From IMG/VR virus record IMGVR_UViG_2713897055_000008, positions 1 to 11,556 of that record: a stretch of 11,556 nt of DNA. One strand, written 5' to 3'. Of this stretch, positions 1 to 8,222 are shown piece after piece (the first letter of the stretch is position 1; each line of letters starts with the position of its first letter). The notes under the pieces are model-generated. The model searched no databases. It was given only the letters and a program-made list of their open reading frames with translations, and was not told where the DNA came from. The translations under genes were made by a program, and so were the position numbers. Origin of the DNA: a virus. Lineage: Duplodnaviria; Heunggongvirae; Uroviricota; Caudoviricetes.

Positions 1-2
1 CG

Positions 3-491
<489 letters not shown>

Positions 492-920
492 GATGGGCGT
501 GATGCCACTGCACTGGAAATACTCCCTGCCATTGACGATCAAAAATCCTTTCCCCGGGGCACGTATGCCACACACCAGGGCGGACTCTGGCGGGCGTATG
601 AAAAAACGCACGGGATGCGGGGATGGGAATGCCTGGTTGACGGGGTGGCGGATATTGACGTCAGCATGACGGGTGAACGGTTGTTCTCTGTGGTGGTCCG
701 GCAGAGCAGTGGCCAGCGTACGGAAAAAACATTTTCCCTGCCGGTGATGCTCTACCGCGGTGTGTTCAGAGCCGGTGAAACCTACCACCCCGGCGATACG
801 GTGACGTGGGGGGGGCTCGCTGTGGCACTGCAACAGTATGACCGGTGATAAACCCGGAGAAGCTCATTCATCAGGCTGGACCCTGGCTGCAAAACGTGGG
901 CGGGATGCAGGAGGCGGAAA

Positions 921-1247
921 ATGACGGCATTACTGACGCTGGAAGAGATCAAGGCACATCTGCGTGTCGACCATGACGCGGATGATGACATGCTGATGGA
1001 CAAGGTTCGTCAGGCTACCGCCGTGCTGCTGGCCTACATTCAGGGCAGCCGGGATAAGGTGATTCGTGAGGACGGTGAACTGATCCCGGGCGAGGCATTA
1101 ACCCGGATGAAGGGGGCTGCCATGCGACTGACCGGGATGCTGTACCGGAATCCGGATCTTGCGGAGCGGGAAGAACTGCTTCAGGGGGAGCTGCCGTTTT
1201 CTGTTTCCGTGCTGATTTACGATTTGCGTTGTCCGACGGTGTTATGA
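921..1247 (+). CDS. Head-tail connector protein, phage gp6-like family
   Basis: ATG 921 with AGGAGG 7 nt upstream. The 108-aa product MTALLTLEEIKAHLRVD..DDDMLMDK...YRNPD matches the pattern I recall for gp6-like connector proteins; position just upstream of head-closure and tail genes fits. Confidence 0.65.
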   Translation: MTALLTLEEIKAHLRVDHDADDDMLMDKVRQATAVLLAYIQGSRDKVIREDGELIPGEALTRMKGAAMRLTGMLYRNPDLAEREELLQGELPFSVSVLIYDLRCPTVL

Positions 1248-1256
1248 GGAGGGGGA

Positions 1257-1607
1257 ATGGCAATATCTGCAGGTCGTCTGACACAGATGATAAGTGTTCT
1301 GAACCCGGTGTTAACCCGTAATGCTGCCGGAGAAATGACGGAAGAATGGGTGTCATGCGGGAAAATTCATGCGGATATCCGTGGCAGGAGCAGCCGGGAG
1401 CGGATGCAGTCCGGTGCGGAAATGGCGCAGGCGGAAATCCGCATCTGGGTGCGCGGTCAGTCCGGTCGGGAAATCACGGCAGCGTCACGACTTCATGTGC
1501 TGAGTGGTCCATGGCGTGACCGGATCCTGAACGTTGTCGGGCTGCCCGTGCCGGATGCGACCGGCGGGCGTCTGGAAATTCTCTGTCGGCTGGGAGGGGA
1601 AAAATGA
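1257..1607 (+). CDS. Head closure / head-tail adaptor protein (SPP1 gp16-like, Phage_H_T_join-type)
   Basis: ATG 1257 preceded by GAGGAGGGGG; 116 aa; the EW..CGKIHADIRGRSSRERMQSGAEMAQAEIRIWVR segment fits the head-closure pattern. Its stop overlaps the next start (ATGA at 1604-1607). Confidence 0.6.
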   Translation: MAISAGRLTQMISVLNPVLTRNAAGEMTEEWVSCGKIHADIRGRSSRERMQSGAEMAQAEIRIWVRGQSGREITAASRLHVLSGPWRDRILNVVGLPVPDATGGRLEILCRLGGEK

Positions 1608-2050
1608 TCGAAACCCTGCTGGATTTTTCGGGGCTGGAGGACATCAGCCGCGATTTGCAGCTTCTGAGTGGTGCGGAAAATAACCGGGTGCTGCGTGAGG
1701 CAACCCGTGCGGGTGCGAATGTGCTGAAAGAAGAAGTGGTGTCACGGGCACCGGTGCGCAGGGGAAAACTGCGCCGCAATGTGGTGGTCCTTTCCCGGCG
1801 CTCCCGCGATGGCGGTATGGAATCCGGTGTCCATATCCGTGGTGTTAATCCGGACACCGGTAACAGCGATAACACCATGAAGGCGGATAACCCGCGCAAT
1901 GCTTTCTACTGGCGGTTTGTGGAAATGGGGACCGTGAATATGCCACCGCACCCGTTTGTACGCCCGGCGTTTGATGTGCGCAGTGAACAGGCAGCGCAGG
2001 TGGCGATTGCGCGGATGAACCGGGCCATTGATGAGGTACTGAGACGATGA
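1604..2050 (+). CDS. HK97 gp10-family tail component / tail completion protein
   Basis: 148 aa, translationally coupled at both ends (ATGA overlaps at 1604 and 2047). The motif FYWRFVEMGTVNMPPHPFVRPAFD is characteristic of the HK97 gp10-like family as I recall it. Confidence 0.65.
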   Translation: MIETLLDFSGLEDISRDLQLLSGAENNRVLREATRAGANVLKEEVVSRAPVRRGKLRRNVVVLSRRSRDGGMESGVHIRGVNPDTGNSDNTMKADNPRNAFYWRFVEMGTVNMPPHPFVRPAFDVRSEQAAQVAIARMNRAIDEVLRR

Positions 2051-2391
2051 CGGAGGCGGATTTGTATCCTCATCTGGCGCATCTTGCCGGCGGGCAGGTG
2101 TACCCGTATGTGGTCCCCCTGCTGGATGGCAGGCCGTCGGTGGCGCTTCCGTGGGTGGTTTTCAGCCTGATTTCATCGGTGTCAGCGGACGTGATGGGCG
2201 GGCAGGCGGAGTCCTCAGTGTCGGTGCAGATAGACGTTTATGCCGGGACTGTGACGCAGGCGCGTCAGATACGTCAGGACGCCCGTGAAGCCATAATGCT
2301 GCTGGCCCCGGGATCCGTCAGTGAAATGCAGGACTATATTCCGGAAAACCGCTGTTACCGTGCAACCCTGGAGTTTCAGGTCACGGTGTGA
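2047..2391 (+). CDS. DUF3168-like tail terminator / tail completion protein
   Basis: 114 aa coupled to the upstream gene; hydrophobic beta-rich pattern (YPYVVPLLDGRPSVALPWVVFSL...VQIDVYAG) and position immediately before the major tail gene. Confidence 0.5.
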   Translation: MTEADLYPHLAHLAGGQVYPYVVPLLDGRPSVALPWVVFSLISSVSADVMGGQAESSVSVQIDVYAGTVTQARQIRQDAREAIMLLAPGSVSEMQDYIPENRCYRATLEFQVTV

Positions 2392-2419
2392 CTTTTTCTT
2401 TTTTCTACAAAACCCATAC

Positions 2420-2440
2420 CCCGCCGCGTGCGGGTTTTTT
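2420..2440 (+). terminator. Intrinsic-terminator-like hairpin between tail terminator gene and major tail gene
   Basis: CCCGC (2420-2424), 5-nt loop, GCGGG (2430-2434), then TTTTTT (2435-2440). Confidence 0.45.
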
Positions 2441-2456
2441 ATTATCAGGAGGCAGA

Positions 2457-3173
2457 ATGTCTGCTTTGTATGAACGCTCACAGCTGACGCAGGTGATGAT
2501 TTCATCTGCCCCGGCGACTGCTGAAACTATGGATAAGGCGGAATATCTGCGCCTGGACTGCACCATCAAGGAAGTCCAGTTCACCGCCGGTCAGAAACAG
2601 GATATTGATGTGACCACGCTCTGCTCCACAGAGCAGGAGAACATCAATGGTCTGGGGGCGTCGTCCGAGATTTCCATGTCGGGTAATTTTTATCTGAATC
2701 AGGCCCAGAACGCCCTGCGTGATGCTTATGACAATGACGCGTTGTATGCGTTTAAGGTGCTGTTTCCGTCCGGTAAGGGCTTTAAATTCCTGGCGGAAGT
2801 GCGCCAGCACACCTGGTCATCCGGTACCAACGGCGTGGTGGCTGCAACGTTCTCACTGCGTCTGAAAGGCAAACCGGTGTCCTTTGTGGTACCGCTGGCG
2901 TTTGTGAAAAATCTGGATAAGACACTTACCGTGAATACCGGTGTGCTGCTGACACTGTCAGTCAGTGCCAACGGGGGAACGCCGCCGTATAAATACGCCT
3001 GGAAGAAGGATGGTCAGCCGGTTGACGGGCAGACGACAGACACCTTCAGTAAGCCCGGTGCGCAGTCCGCTGATGCGGGGAAATATACCTGCGTGGTGAC
3101 CGATTCGGCAGAGAAAGCACAGAGTGTGACGTCTGTTGAATGCACCGTGACAGTGAGCGCAGCCGCCGGATAA
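2457..3173 (+). CDS. Major tail (tube) protein with C-terminal Ig-like domain
   Basis: ATG 2457 with CAGGAGG 5-7 nt upstream; the track's start at 2388 would run through the terminator hairpin. 238 aa. C-terminal ~80 aa (TLTVNTGVLLTLSVSANGGTPPYKYAWKKDGQPV...GKYTCVVTD...VECTVTV) looks like an Ig-like decoration domain. Position before the G/GT chaperone pair. Confidence 0.75.
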   Translation: MSALYERSQLTQVMISSAPATAETMDKAEYLRLDCTIKEVQFTAGQKQDIDVTTLCSTEQENINGLGASSEISMSGNFYLNQAQNALRDAYDNDALYAFKVLFPSGKGFKFLAEVRQHTWSSGTNGVVAATFSLRLKGKPVSFVVPLAFVKNLDKTLTVNTGVLLTLSVSANGGTPPYKYAWKKDGQPVDGQTTDTFSKPGAQSADAGKYTCVVTDSAEKAQSVTSVECTVTVSAAAG

Positions 3174-3187
3174 GGGGATGGGGCATC

Positions 3188-3562
3188 ATGAAAAAGGATC
3201 TGAAAACGCTGGCGCTGGCCAGACTGTCAGGGTTTCGTCATAAAACGGTGAAGGTGCCGGAATGGGGTAATGTCAGCGTGGTGCTGCGGGAGCCTTCGGC
3301 AGAGGCCTGGTATCTGTGGCAGGACGTGCTCAATGGTGATGGAGAGGATGACGATACCCTGTCGGTGGTGGCGAAAACCCGCCGTAACCTGGAAGCGGAT
3401 GTGACGCTGTTCTGCGATGTCCTGTGTGATACGGACCTGCAGCGGGTGTTCACTCCGGACGACCGTGAGCAGGTGCTGGCCGTCTATGGTCCGGTACATG
3501 CCCGGTTGCTGCGTCAGGCACTGGAACTGATCGCTGATGCAGAGTCGGCCAGAAAAAAGTAG
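3188..3562 (+). CDS. Tail assembly chaperone (lambda gpG analogue)
   Basis: ATG 3188 (MKKDLKTL...) with a G-rich Shine-Dalgarno; acidic ~124-aa protein placed between major tail and tape measure genes; ends AAA AAG TAG on a slippery heptamer. Confidence 0.7.
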   Translation: MKKDLKTLALARLSGFRHKTVKVPEWGNVSVVLREPSAEAWYLWQDVLNGDGEDDDTLSVVAKTRRNLEADVTLFCDVLCDTDLQRVFTPDDREQVLAVYGPVHARLLRQALELIADAESARKK

Positions 3563-3867
3563 CCCGCCCGGAAATTCGCTTTCTGATGCGACTTGCGCTC
3601 CGTCTGGGGCGCACCTTATCCGAACTGCGGCACAGCCTGAGTGCGAGCGAGGCGATGATGTGGATGGAGTTCGACAGGATATCCCCGCTGGGTGATGAGC
3701 GCGGGGATATCCGTAATGCACAGATCGTGAAAGCGGTTTTCGGGGCACAGGGGATGAATGTTGCACTGAAGGACGCCATGCTCTGCTGGGGCGAGGATGA
3801 GGATAAGCCGGAGGTGGATCCGTTTGCGGCGCTGGAAGACGCGCTGAGCTTTGCAGCACAGTCATGA
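3188..3867 (+). CDS. Tail assembly chaperone fusion (gpGT analogue) made by a -1 programmed frameshift at 3553-3559
   Basis: The -1 frame is open from the slippery site A AAA AAG (3553-3559) to TGA 3865-3867 with no stops; the frame relationship (2 to 1) matches the conserved G/GT arrangement of siphovirus tail chaperones. Coordinates span both frames. Confidence 0.6.
3553..3559 (+). promoter_or_regulatory. -1 ribosomal frameshift slippery heptamer A AAA AAG
   Basis: Read directly: aga aaa aag tag in the G frame; the heptamer is the last two sense codons before the G stop. Confidence 0.6.
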
Positions 3868-3876
3868 ATGATGAGA

Positions 3877-3896
3877 ACCGCTGAGGCGGTTTTTTT
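3877..3896 (+). terminator. Weak intrinsic-terminator-like hairpin between GT and tape-measure gene
   Basis: ACCGC (3877-3881), loop TGAG, GCGGT (3886-3890), then a run of six T (3891-3896). Confidence 0.35.
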
Positions 3897-3914
3897 ACGC
3901 CCGGAGAAAGGTGA

Positions 3915-5831
3915 ATGGCGACGTTACGTGAACTGATTATCAAAATTTCGGCAAATTCACAGTCATTCCAGTCGGAGATCCAGCGGGCGTCCCGTATGGG
4001 CAGTGAATATTACCGGACCCTGCAGAATGGCGGACGTCAGGCTGCTGCGGCAGCCAGGGAGCAGCGCCGGGCTCTGGCTGAGCTGAACAGCCAGTTGATG
4101 GAAATCCGCGCTTCGGCTGTCGGAATGACCGGTGCGGTTGCCGGTGCCTTTGCCACCGGACACCTGATTTCGCTGGCGGATGAATGGAGCTCCGTGAACG
4201 CCCGTCTGAAACAGGCGTCGCAGTCATCGGATGAATTTGCGTCATCACAGAAAGTACTGATGGATATCAGCCAGCGGACAGGCACCGCATTTTCGGATAA
4301 TGCGGCCCTGTTTGCCCGTTCGGCTGCCTCGATGCGTGAATATGGTTACAGTGCTGATGATGTGCTGAAGGTGACAGAGGCCATTTCGACAGGGCTGAAA
4401 ATTTCCGGTGCCAGTACGGCAGAGGCGGGGTCGGTGATCACCCAGTTCAGCCAGGCGCTGGCACAGGGTGTGTTACGCGGTGAGGAATTTAATTCGGTCA
4501 ATGAAAGTGGGGACCGGATCATTCGCGCACTGGCTGCAGGCATGGGCGTGGCCCGTAAAGATCTGAAGGCGATGGCGGACGATGGTCAACTGACGGCGGA
4601 TAAAGTCGTTCCCGCGTTAATCAGCCAGCTGGGGATATTGCGTGATGAATATGCAGCCATGCCGGAAACGGTGGCTGACGGGATCACGAAGGTGGAAAAC
4701 GCCTTTATGGCCTGGGTGGGTGGCGCGAATGAGGCCAGCGGAGCGACGAAAACGCTCTCCGGCGTGCTGAACGGTGTGGCCGGAAATATCGATACCGTGG
4801 CAACAGCTGCGGGTGTGCTGGTTGCTGTCGGGGTGGCCCGGTACTTTGGCAATATGGCATCCGGTGTGGGAAAGGCCACGACAGAACTGCTTGCTGCGAA
4901 GTCTGGCACTGTTGCCCTGGCAGCGGCGCAGGCAGATGCTGCGGTTCAGGTGCAACGTAAGGCGGCGGCTGACGCTCTGGCGGCAGAACGTGCCTGGCAA
5001 CTGGCACAGGCAGAACTCGCCGTGGCCAGAAATACCAGTGCGGAGGCGCTGGTCACACAGAATGCCGTCGCAAAACGTCGGGCCATGATTGTGGCCAATG
5101 CTGCACTGGTGCAGTCGAATCATGCAGTGGCGGCCTCGGGGAAGGCGCTGGAGAATGCCACGTCGGTTACGGGAATGCTGAAAAGTGGCGCTGCATCCCT
5201 GCTTTCTCTGGTCGGCGGGATACCCGGTTTACTGATGCTTGGGGCCGGTGCCTGGTACACGGTGTACCAGCGTCAGGAACAGGCCAGGGAGTCCGCGCGC
5301 CAGTATGCATCGACGATTGATGAAATCCGGGCAAAGCTGCCAGGAATGACCCTTCCGGAACTGGCTGATAATGAGGGTAAAACCCGCGAAGCACTGGAAG
5401 AGCAGAATCGTCTGATTGCTGAGCAGGAAAGTAAAGTCCGGGGACTGAAAACACAGATTGCTGACTATCAGCGCTGGCTGCAGGAAAATCCACAGGGTGG
5501 TTCAGGTGCGGAGATTATAACCCACGGCCTTGCTGAGGCAACCGGCAGGCTGGCGGTTGAACAGTCACGACTGACACAGATGCAGGAAAGGGCGAGGTCT
5601 GTACAGGAAACGCTGGCGTCACTGGAGTACAACCGTGTAGCGAGGATACGTGAGGAGGCGGCAGAGCAGAACAGGGCATACCAGGCATTACTGCAGATGA
5701 ATGTTCAGCATACGGAATTCAACCGCCTGCTGGGGCTGGGTAATGAACTGCTGCAACAGCGTCAGGGACTGGCGAGTGTACCGCTGCGACTGCCACAGGC
5801 CACTCTGGATGATAAACAGCAGGCGCCCTGA
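3915..5831 (+). CDS. H: Tail tape measure protein, N-terminal segment (frame 3)
   Basis: ATG 3915 with GGAG 8 nt upstream; 638 aa, Ala/Gln-rich and largely helical, with an N-terminal region typical of lambda-family tape measure proteins; ends at TGA 5829-5831 straight after a CCC run. Confidence 0.85.
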   Translation: MATLRELIIKISANSQSFQSEIQRASRMGSEYYRTLQNGGRQAAAAAREQRRALAELNSQLMEIRASAVGMTGAVAGAFATGHLISLADEWSSVNARLKQASQSSDEFASSQKVLMDISQRTGTAFSDNAALFARSAASMREYGYSADDVLKVTEAISTGLKISGASTAEAGSVITQFSQALAQGVLRGEEFNSVNESGDRIIRALAAGMGVARKDLKAMADDGQLTADKVVPALISQLGILRDEYAAMPETVADGITKVENAFMAWVGGANEASGATKTLSGVLNGVAGNIDTVATAAGVLVAVGVARYFGNMASGVGKATTELLAAKSGTVALAAAQADAAVQVQRKAAADALAAERAWQLAQAELAVARNTSAEALVTQNAVAKRRAMIVANAALVQSNHAVAASGKALENATSVTGMLKSGAASLLSLVGGIPGLLMLGAGAWYTVYQRQEQARESARQYASTIDEIRAKLPGMTLPELADNEGKTREALEEQNRLIAEQESKVRGLKTQIADYQRWLQENPQGGSGAEIITHGLAEATGRLAVEQSRLTQMQERARSVQETLASLEYNRVARIREEAAEQNRAYQALLQMNVQHTEFNRLLGLGNELLQQRQGLASVPLRLPQATLDDKQQAP

Positions 5832-7180
5832 ATAACACAGAGCGTCAACTTGCCCTGTCCCGGCTGAAAGGGGAAGAAAAAGAGCGTGCCCGGCTGGGGT
5901 ATGCGGCGGATGACCTTGGTCTGGTGGGGGATACGTATCAGGAGGCGAGGCAGCGTTACATCCGTAATTCGATGGAAGCCTGGCGCAATAATGAGGCGAA
6001 TAAACCCAAATCCCGGGCCGGAAAATCAGGGGCGGAAAAAGCGGAAGACAGTTTTTCCCGTCTGCTGAAGCAGCAGAAGGAACAACTGGCACTGGCCGGG
6101 AAGAATACAGAACTGGCGAAGCTGAAGTACCAGACCTCGCAGGGCGAGCTGAAAACCCTGACGGAGATTCAGAAGCAGGAGCTGCTGCGCAATGCTGCCC
6201 TGATTGACCAGAAGAAAATCCGGGAGCAGTTACGGGCCCGGGAGGAGACCCTGAAAAATGATAATGCAGACGCAAGGGCATCAAATGACGCAGAGCTGCT
6301 GGGATACGGGCAGGGTGAGCGGATCCGAGAACGGATGCGGGAGCTGCAGCAGATTCGTGACGGCTACCGCCAGAAGGATGCGGACCTGCAGTCTCAGTAT
6401 CAGACAGGGGATATCAGTGAGGATTTTTACAGACAGGCGCTGGCGCAGAATGCGCAGTATCTGAGAGAGCGTCTGAAAGACCAGGAGGCTTTTTATGCCG
6501 AATCGGATGCGCAGCGTGCTGACTGGCAGAAAGGGCTGCAGGAAGGGCTAAGTAACTGGGTGGACAGCGCATCAGATTACGCTTCACAGGCAGCACAGCT
6601 TGCGACAGACGGTATCTCAGGGATGGTAAATAACATCACGGATATGCTGAACGGAAATAAAGTGGAATGGCGCAGCTGGGCAGCATCAATCCTGCAGGAA
6701 ATATCAAAAGTCCTTATGAATGCGGCCATTGTCAACGGCATTAAGATGGCGGCAAACAGTATGTCCGGTGCAGGAGGATTTTTCGGCAGTATAGGCAACT
6801 GGCTGGGTGGCGCGGTGGCAAATGCAAAAGGCGGCGTTTATACCTCGGCAAACCTGAGTGCATACAGTAACAGTATTGTGGACACGCCCACGTACTTTGC
6901 CTTTGCAAAAGGGGCAGGGCTGATGGGGGAGGCCGGACCTGAAGCCATAATGCCCCTGACCCGGGCAGCGGATGGTTCACTCGGCGTGCGTGCGGTGGGC
7001 AGTATGAACGGCAGTGCGGGTCTGGTGTATTCTCCGGTGTACCACATCGCCATTCAGAATGACGGCGCTAACGGGCAGATAGGGCCGGAAGCGGCGGGCA
7101 CCCTTGTGCAACTGATTGACCAGCGGGTACAGGCGGTGATGTTATCCATGCGTCGTGACGGAGGAATGCTGAGTGGATGA
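5816..7180 (+). CDS. H: Tail tape measure protein, C-terminal segment (frame 2; no credible independent start)
   Basis: Frame 2 is open from 5816, overlapping the end of the frame-3 segment; first in-frame start is a GTG at 5924 with no Shine-Dalgarno. The C-terminal part (GGVYTSANLSAYSNSIVDTPTYFAFAKGAGLMGEAGPEAIMPL...) resembles the lambda gpH C-terminal region as I recall it. TGA 7178-7180 overlaps the M start. Confidence 0.8.
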   Translation, partial: TAGALNNTERQLALSRLKGEEKERARLGYAADDLGLVGDTYQEARQRYIRNSMEAWRNNEANKPKSRAGKSGAEKAEDSFSRLLKQQKEQLALAGKNTELAKLKYQTSQGELKTLTEIQKQELLRNAALIDQKKIREQLRAREETLKNDNADARASNDAELLGYGQGERIRERMRELQQIRDGYRQKDADLQSQYQTGDISEDFYRQALAQNAQYLRERLKDQEAFYAESDAQRADWQKGLQEGLSNWVDSASDYASQAAQLATDGISGMVNNITDMLNGNKVEWRSWAASILQEISKVLMNAAIVNGIKMAANSMSGAGGFFGSIGNWLGGAVANAKGGVYTSANLSAYSNSIVDTPTYFAFAKGAGLMGEAGPEAIMPLTRAADGSLGVRAVGSMNGSAGLVYSPVYHIAIQNDGANGQIGPEAAGTLVQLIDQRVQAVMLSMRRDGGMLSG

Positions 7181-7514
7181 GATTAAGACCCTTCACTGGT
7201 GTCCCCGGGAAGGGATGCAGGTGACGGAGAAACCGTCGGTGGTGACGGTGAAGTTTGGCGACGGTTATCAGCAGCGTCGTCCGGCAGGACTGAATGCGCA
7301 ACTGAAGACCTTTCAGGTGGTTTTTCGGGTGACAACGGATGCTGAGCGGGAGGCACTGTCCGCGTTTCTGTCATGGCATGGTGGTTACCGGGCTTTTTTG
7401 TGGAAGCCCCCGAAACATAACCGGACGGTCAGGGTGGTGTGCCGGGAGTGGAGTATTACGGATAACGCCCGGTACAGTGATTTCAGTTGCACGATAGAGC
7501 AGGTGGTGAACTGA
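7173..7514 (+). CDS. M: Minor tail protein M (tail tip)
   Basis: GTG 7173 with GGAGGAA 8 nt upstream; 113 aa closely resembling lambda gpM as recalled (...RFGDGYQQRRPAGLNAQLKT...FLWKPP...EQVVN); stop overlaps the L start (TGATG). Confidence 0.88.
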   Translation: MDEIKTLHWCPREGMQVTEKPSVVTVKFGDGYQQRRPAGLNAQLKTFQVVFRVTTDAEREALSAFLSWHGGYRAFLWKPPKHNRTVRVVCREWSITDNARYSDFSCTIEQVVN

Positions 7515-8212
7515 TGCAGGATATTCACGAAGAAAGCCTGAACGAGTCGGTTAAGTCAGAGCAGTCACCGCGGGTGGTGCTCTGGGAAATCGACCTGACG
7601 GTGCAGGGCGGTGAGCGGTATTTTTTCTGCAATGAGCTGAATGAAAAAGGGGAGCCGGTGACCTGGCAGGGGCGTGAATATCAGGCGTACCCGATTGAGG
7701 GGAGTGGCTTTGAGATGAACGGAAAGGGCAGCAGTGCCCGCCCGTCGCTGACGGTGTCCAATCTTTTCGGCTTTGTCACCGGGATGGCGGAGGATTTGCA
7801 GAGCCTGGTGGGGGCCACGGTGGTCCGCCGCCGGGTGTATGCGCGTTTTCTGGATGCGGTGAACTTTGTGGCAGGCAATCCTGAGGCCGACCCGGAGCAG
7901 GAGCTGACGGACCGGTGGGTGGTGGAGCAGATGTCAGCGCTGACGGCCATGACGGCCTCGTTTGTGCTGGCGACACCGACGGAGACGGACGGTGCGCTGT
8001 TTCCCGGTCGCATCATGCTGGCGAACACCTGTATGTGGGATTACCGGGGCGATGAATGCGGGTATAACGGTCCGGCAGTGGCGGATGAGTTCGACAACCC
8101 CACCACGGATATCCGGAATGACAGATGCAGTAAATGCATGCGCGGGTGTGAGATGCGCGGCATGGTGGCTAATTTCGGCGGTTTCCTTTCCATTAATAAA
8201 CTTTCGCAGTAA
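7514..8212 (+). CDS. L: Minor tail protein L (tail tip, Fe-S cluster protein)
   Basis: ATG 7514 (MQDIHEESLNE...), 232 aa, strongly resembling lambda gpL as recalled, including the C-terminal Cys cluster and FGGFLSINKLSQ ending; the track's alternative start at 7487 is rejected. Confidence 0.9.
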   Translation: MQDIHEESLNESVKSEQSPRVVLWEIDLTVQGGERYFFCNELNEKGEPVTWQGREYQAYPIEGSGFEMNGKGSSARPSLTVSNLFGFVTGMAEDLQSLVGATVVRRRVYARFLDAVNFVAGNPEADPEQELTDRWVVEQMSALTAMTASFVLATPTETDGALFPGRIMLANTCMWDYRGDECGYNGPAVADEFDNPTTDIRNDRCSKCMRGCEMRGMVANFGGFLSINKLSQ

Positions 8213-8222
8213 ATCCCGTTTT

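Noticed and set aside
2388-2456. N-terminal extension of the major tail ORF starting at 2388
   Set aside because: It would translate through the terminator hairpin and overlap the upstream stop; ATG 2457 has a proper CAGGAGG Shine-Dalgarno.
3586-3867. Stand-alone T ORF starting at ATG 3586
   Set aside because: No ribosome-binding site, and the frame is open upstream back to the slippery site; more parsimonious as the frameshift segment of GT.
3227-3943. 238-aa minus-strand ORF overlapping the chaperone genes
   Set aside because: Antisense to the G/GT pair; Pro/Arg/Ser-rich low-complexity translation typical of spurious ORFs in GC-rich coding DNA.
4617-5123. Several minus-strand ORFs (e.g. 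4617-5123, 4705-5007, 5688-6284) inside the tape measure gene
   Set aside because: Antisense to a long, well-supported tape measure ORF; compositionally biased, with no starts carrying a Shine-Dalgarno.
5826-5831. CCC-TGA as a programmed +1 frameshift site in the tape measure gene
   Set aside because: A +1 shift lands in a frame that stops within two codons (TAA 5833-5835); the continuation is in the -1 frame, so an indel or sequencing error is more likely.
7962-8222. Upstream extension of the K frame (track ORF starts at 7962)
   Set aside because: It lies wholly inside L in another frame; ATG 8223 gives the expected MTQTES... N-terminus straight after the L stop.
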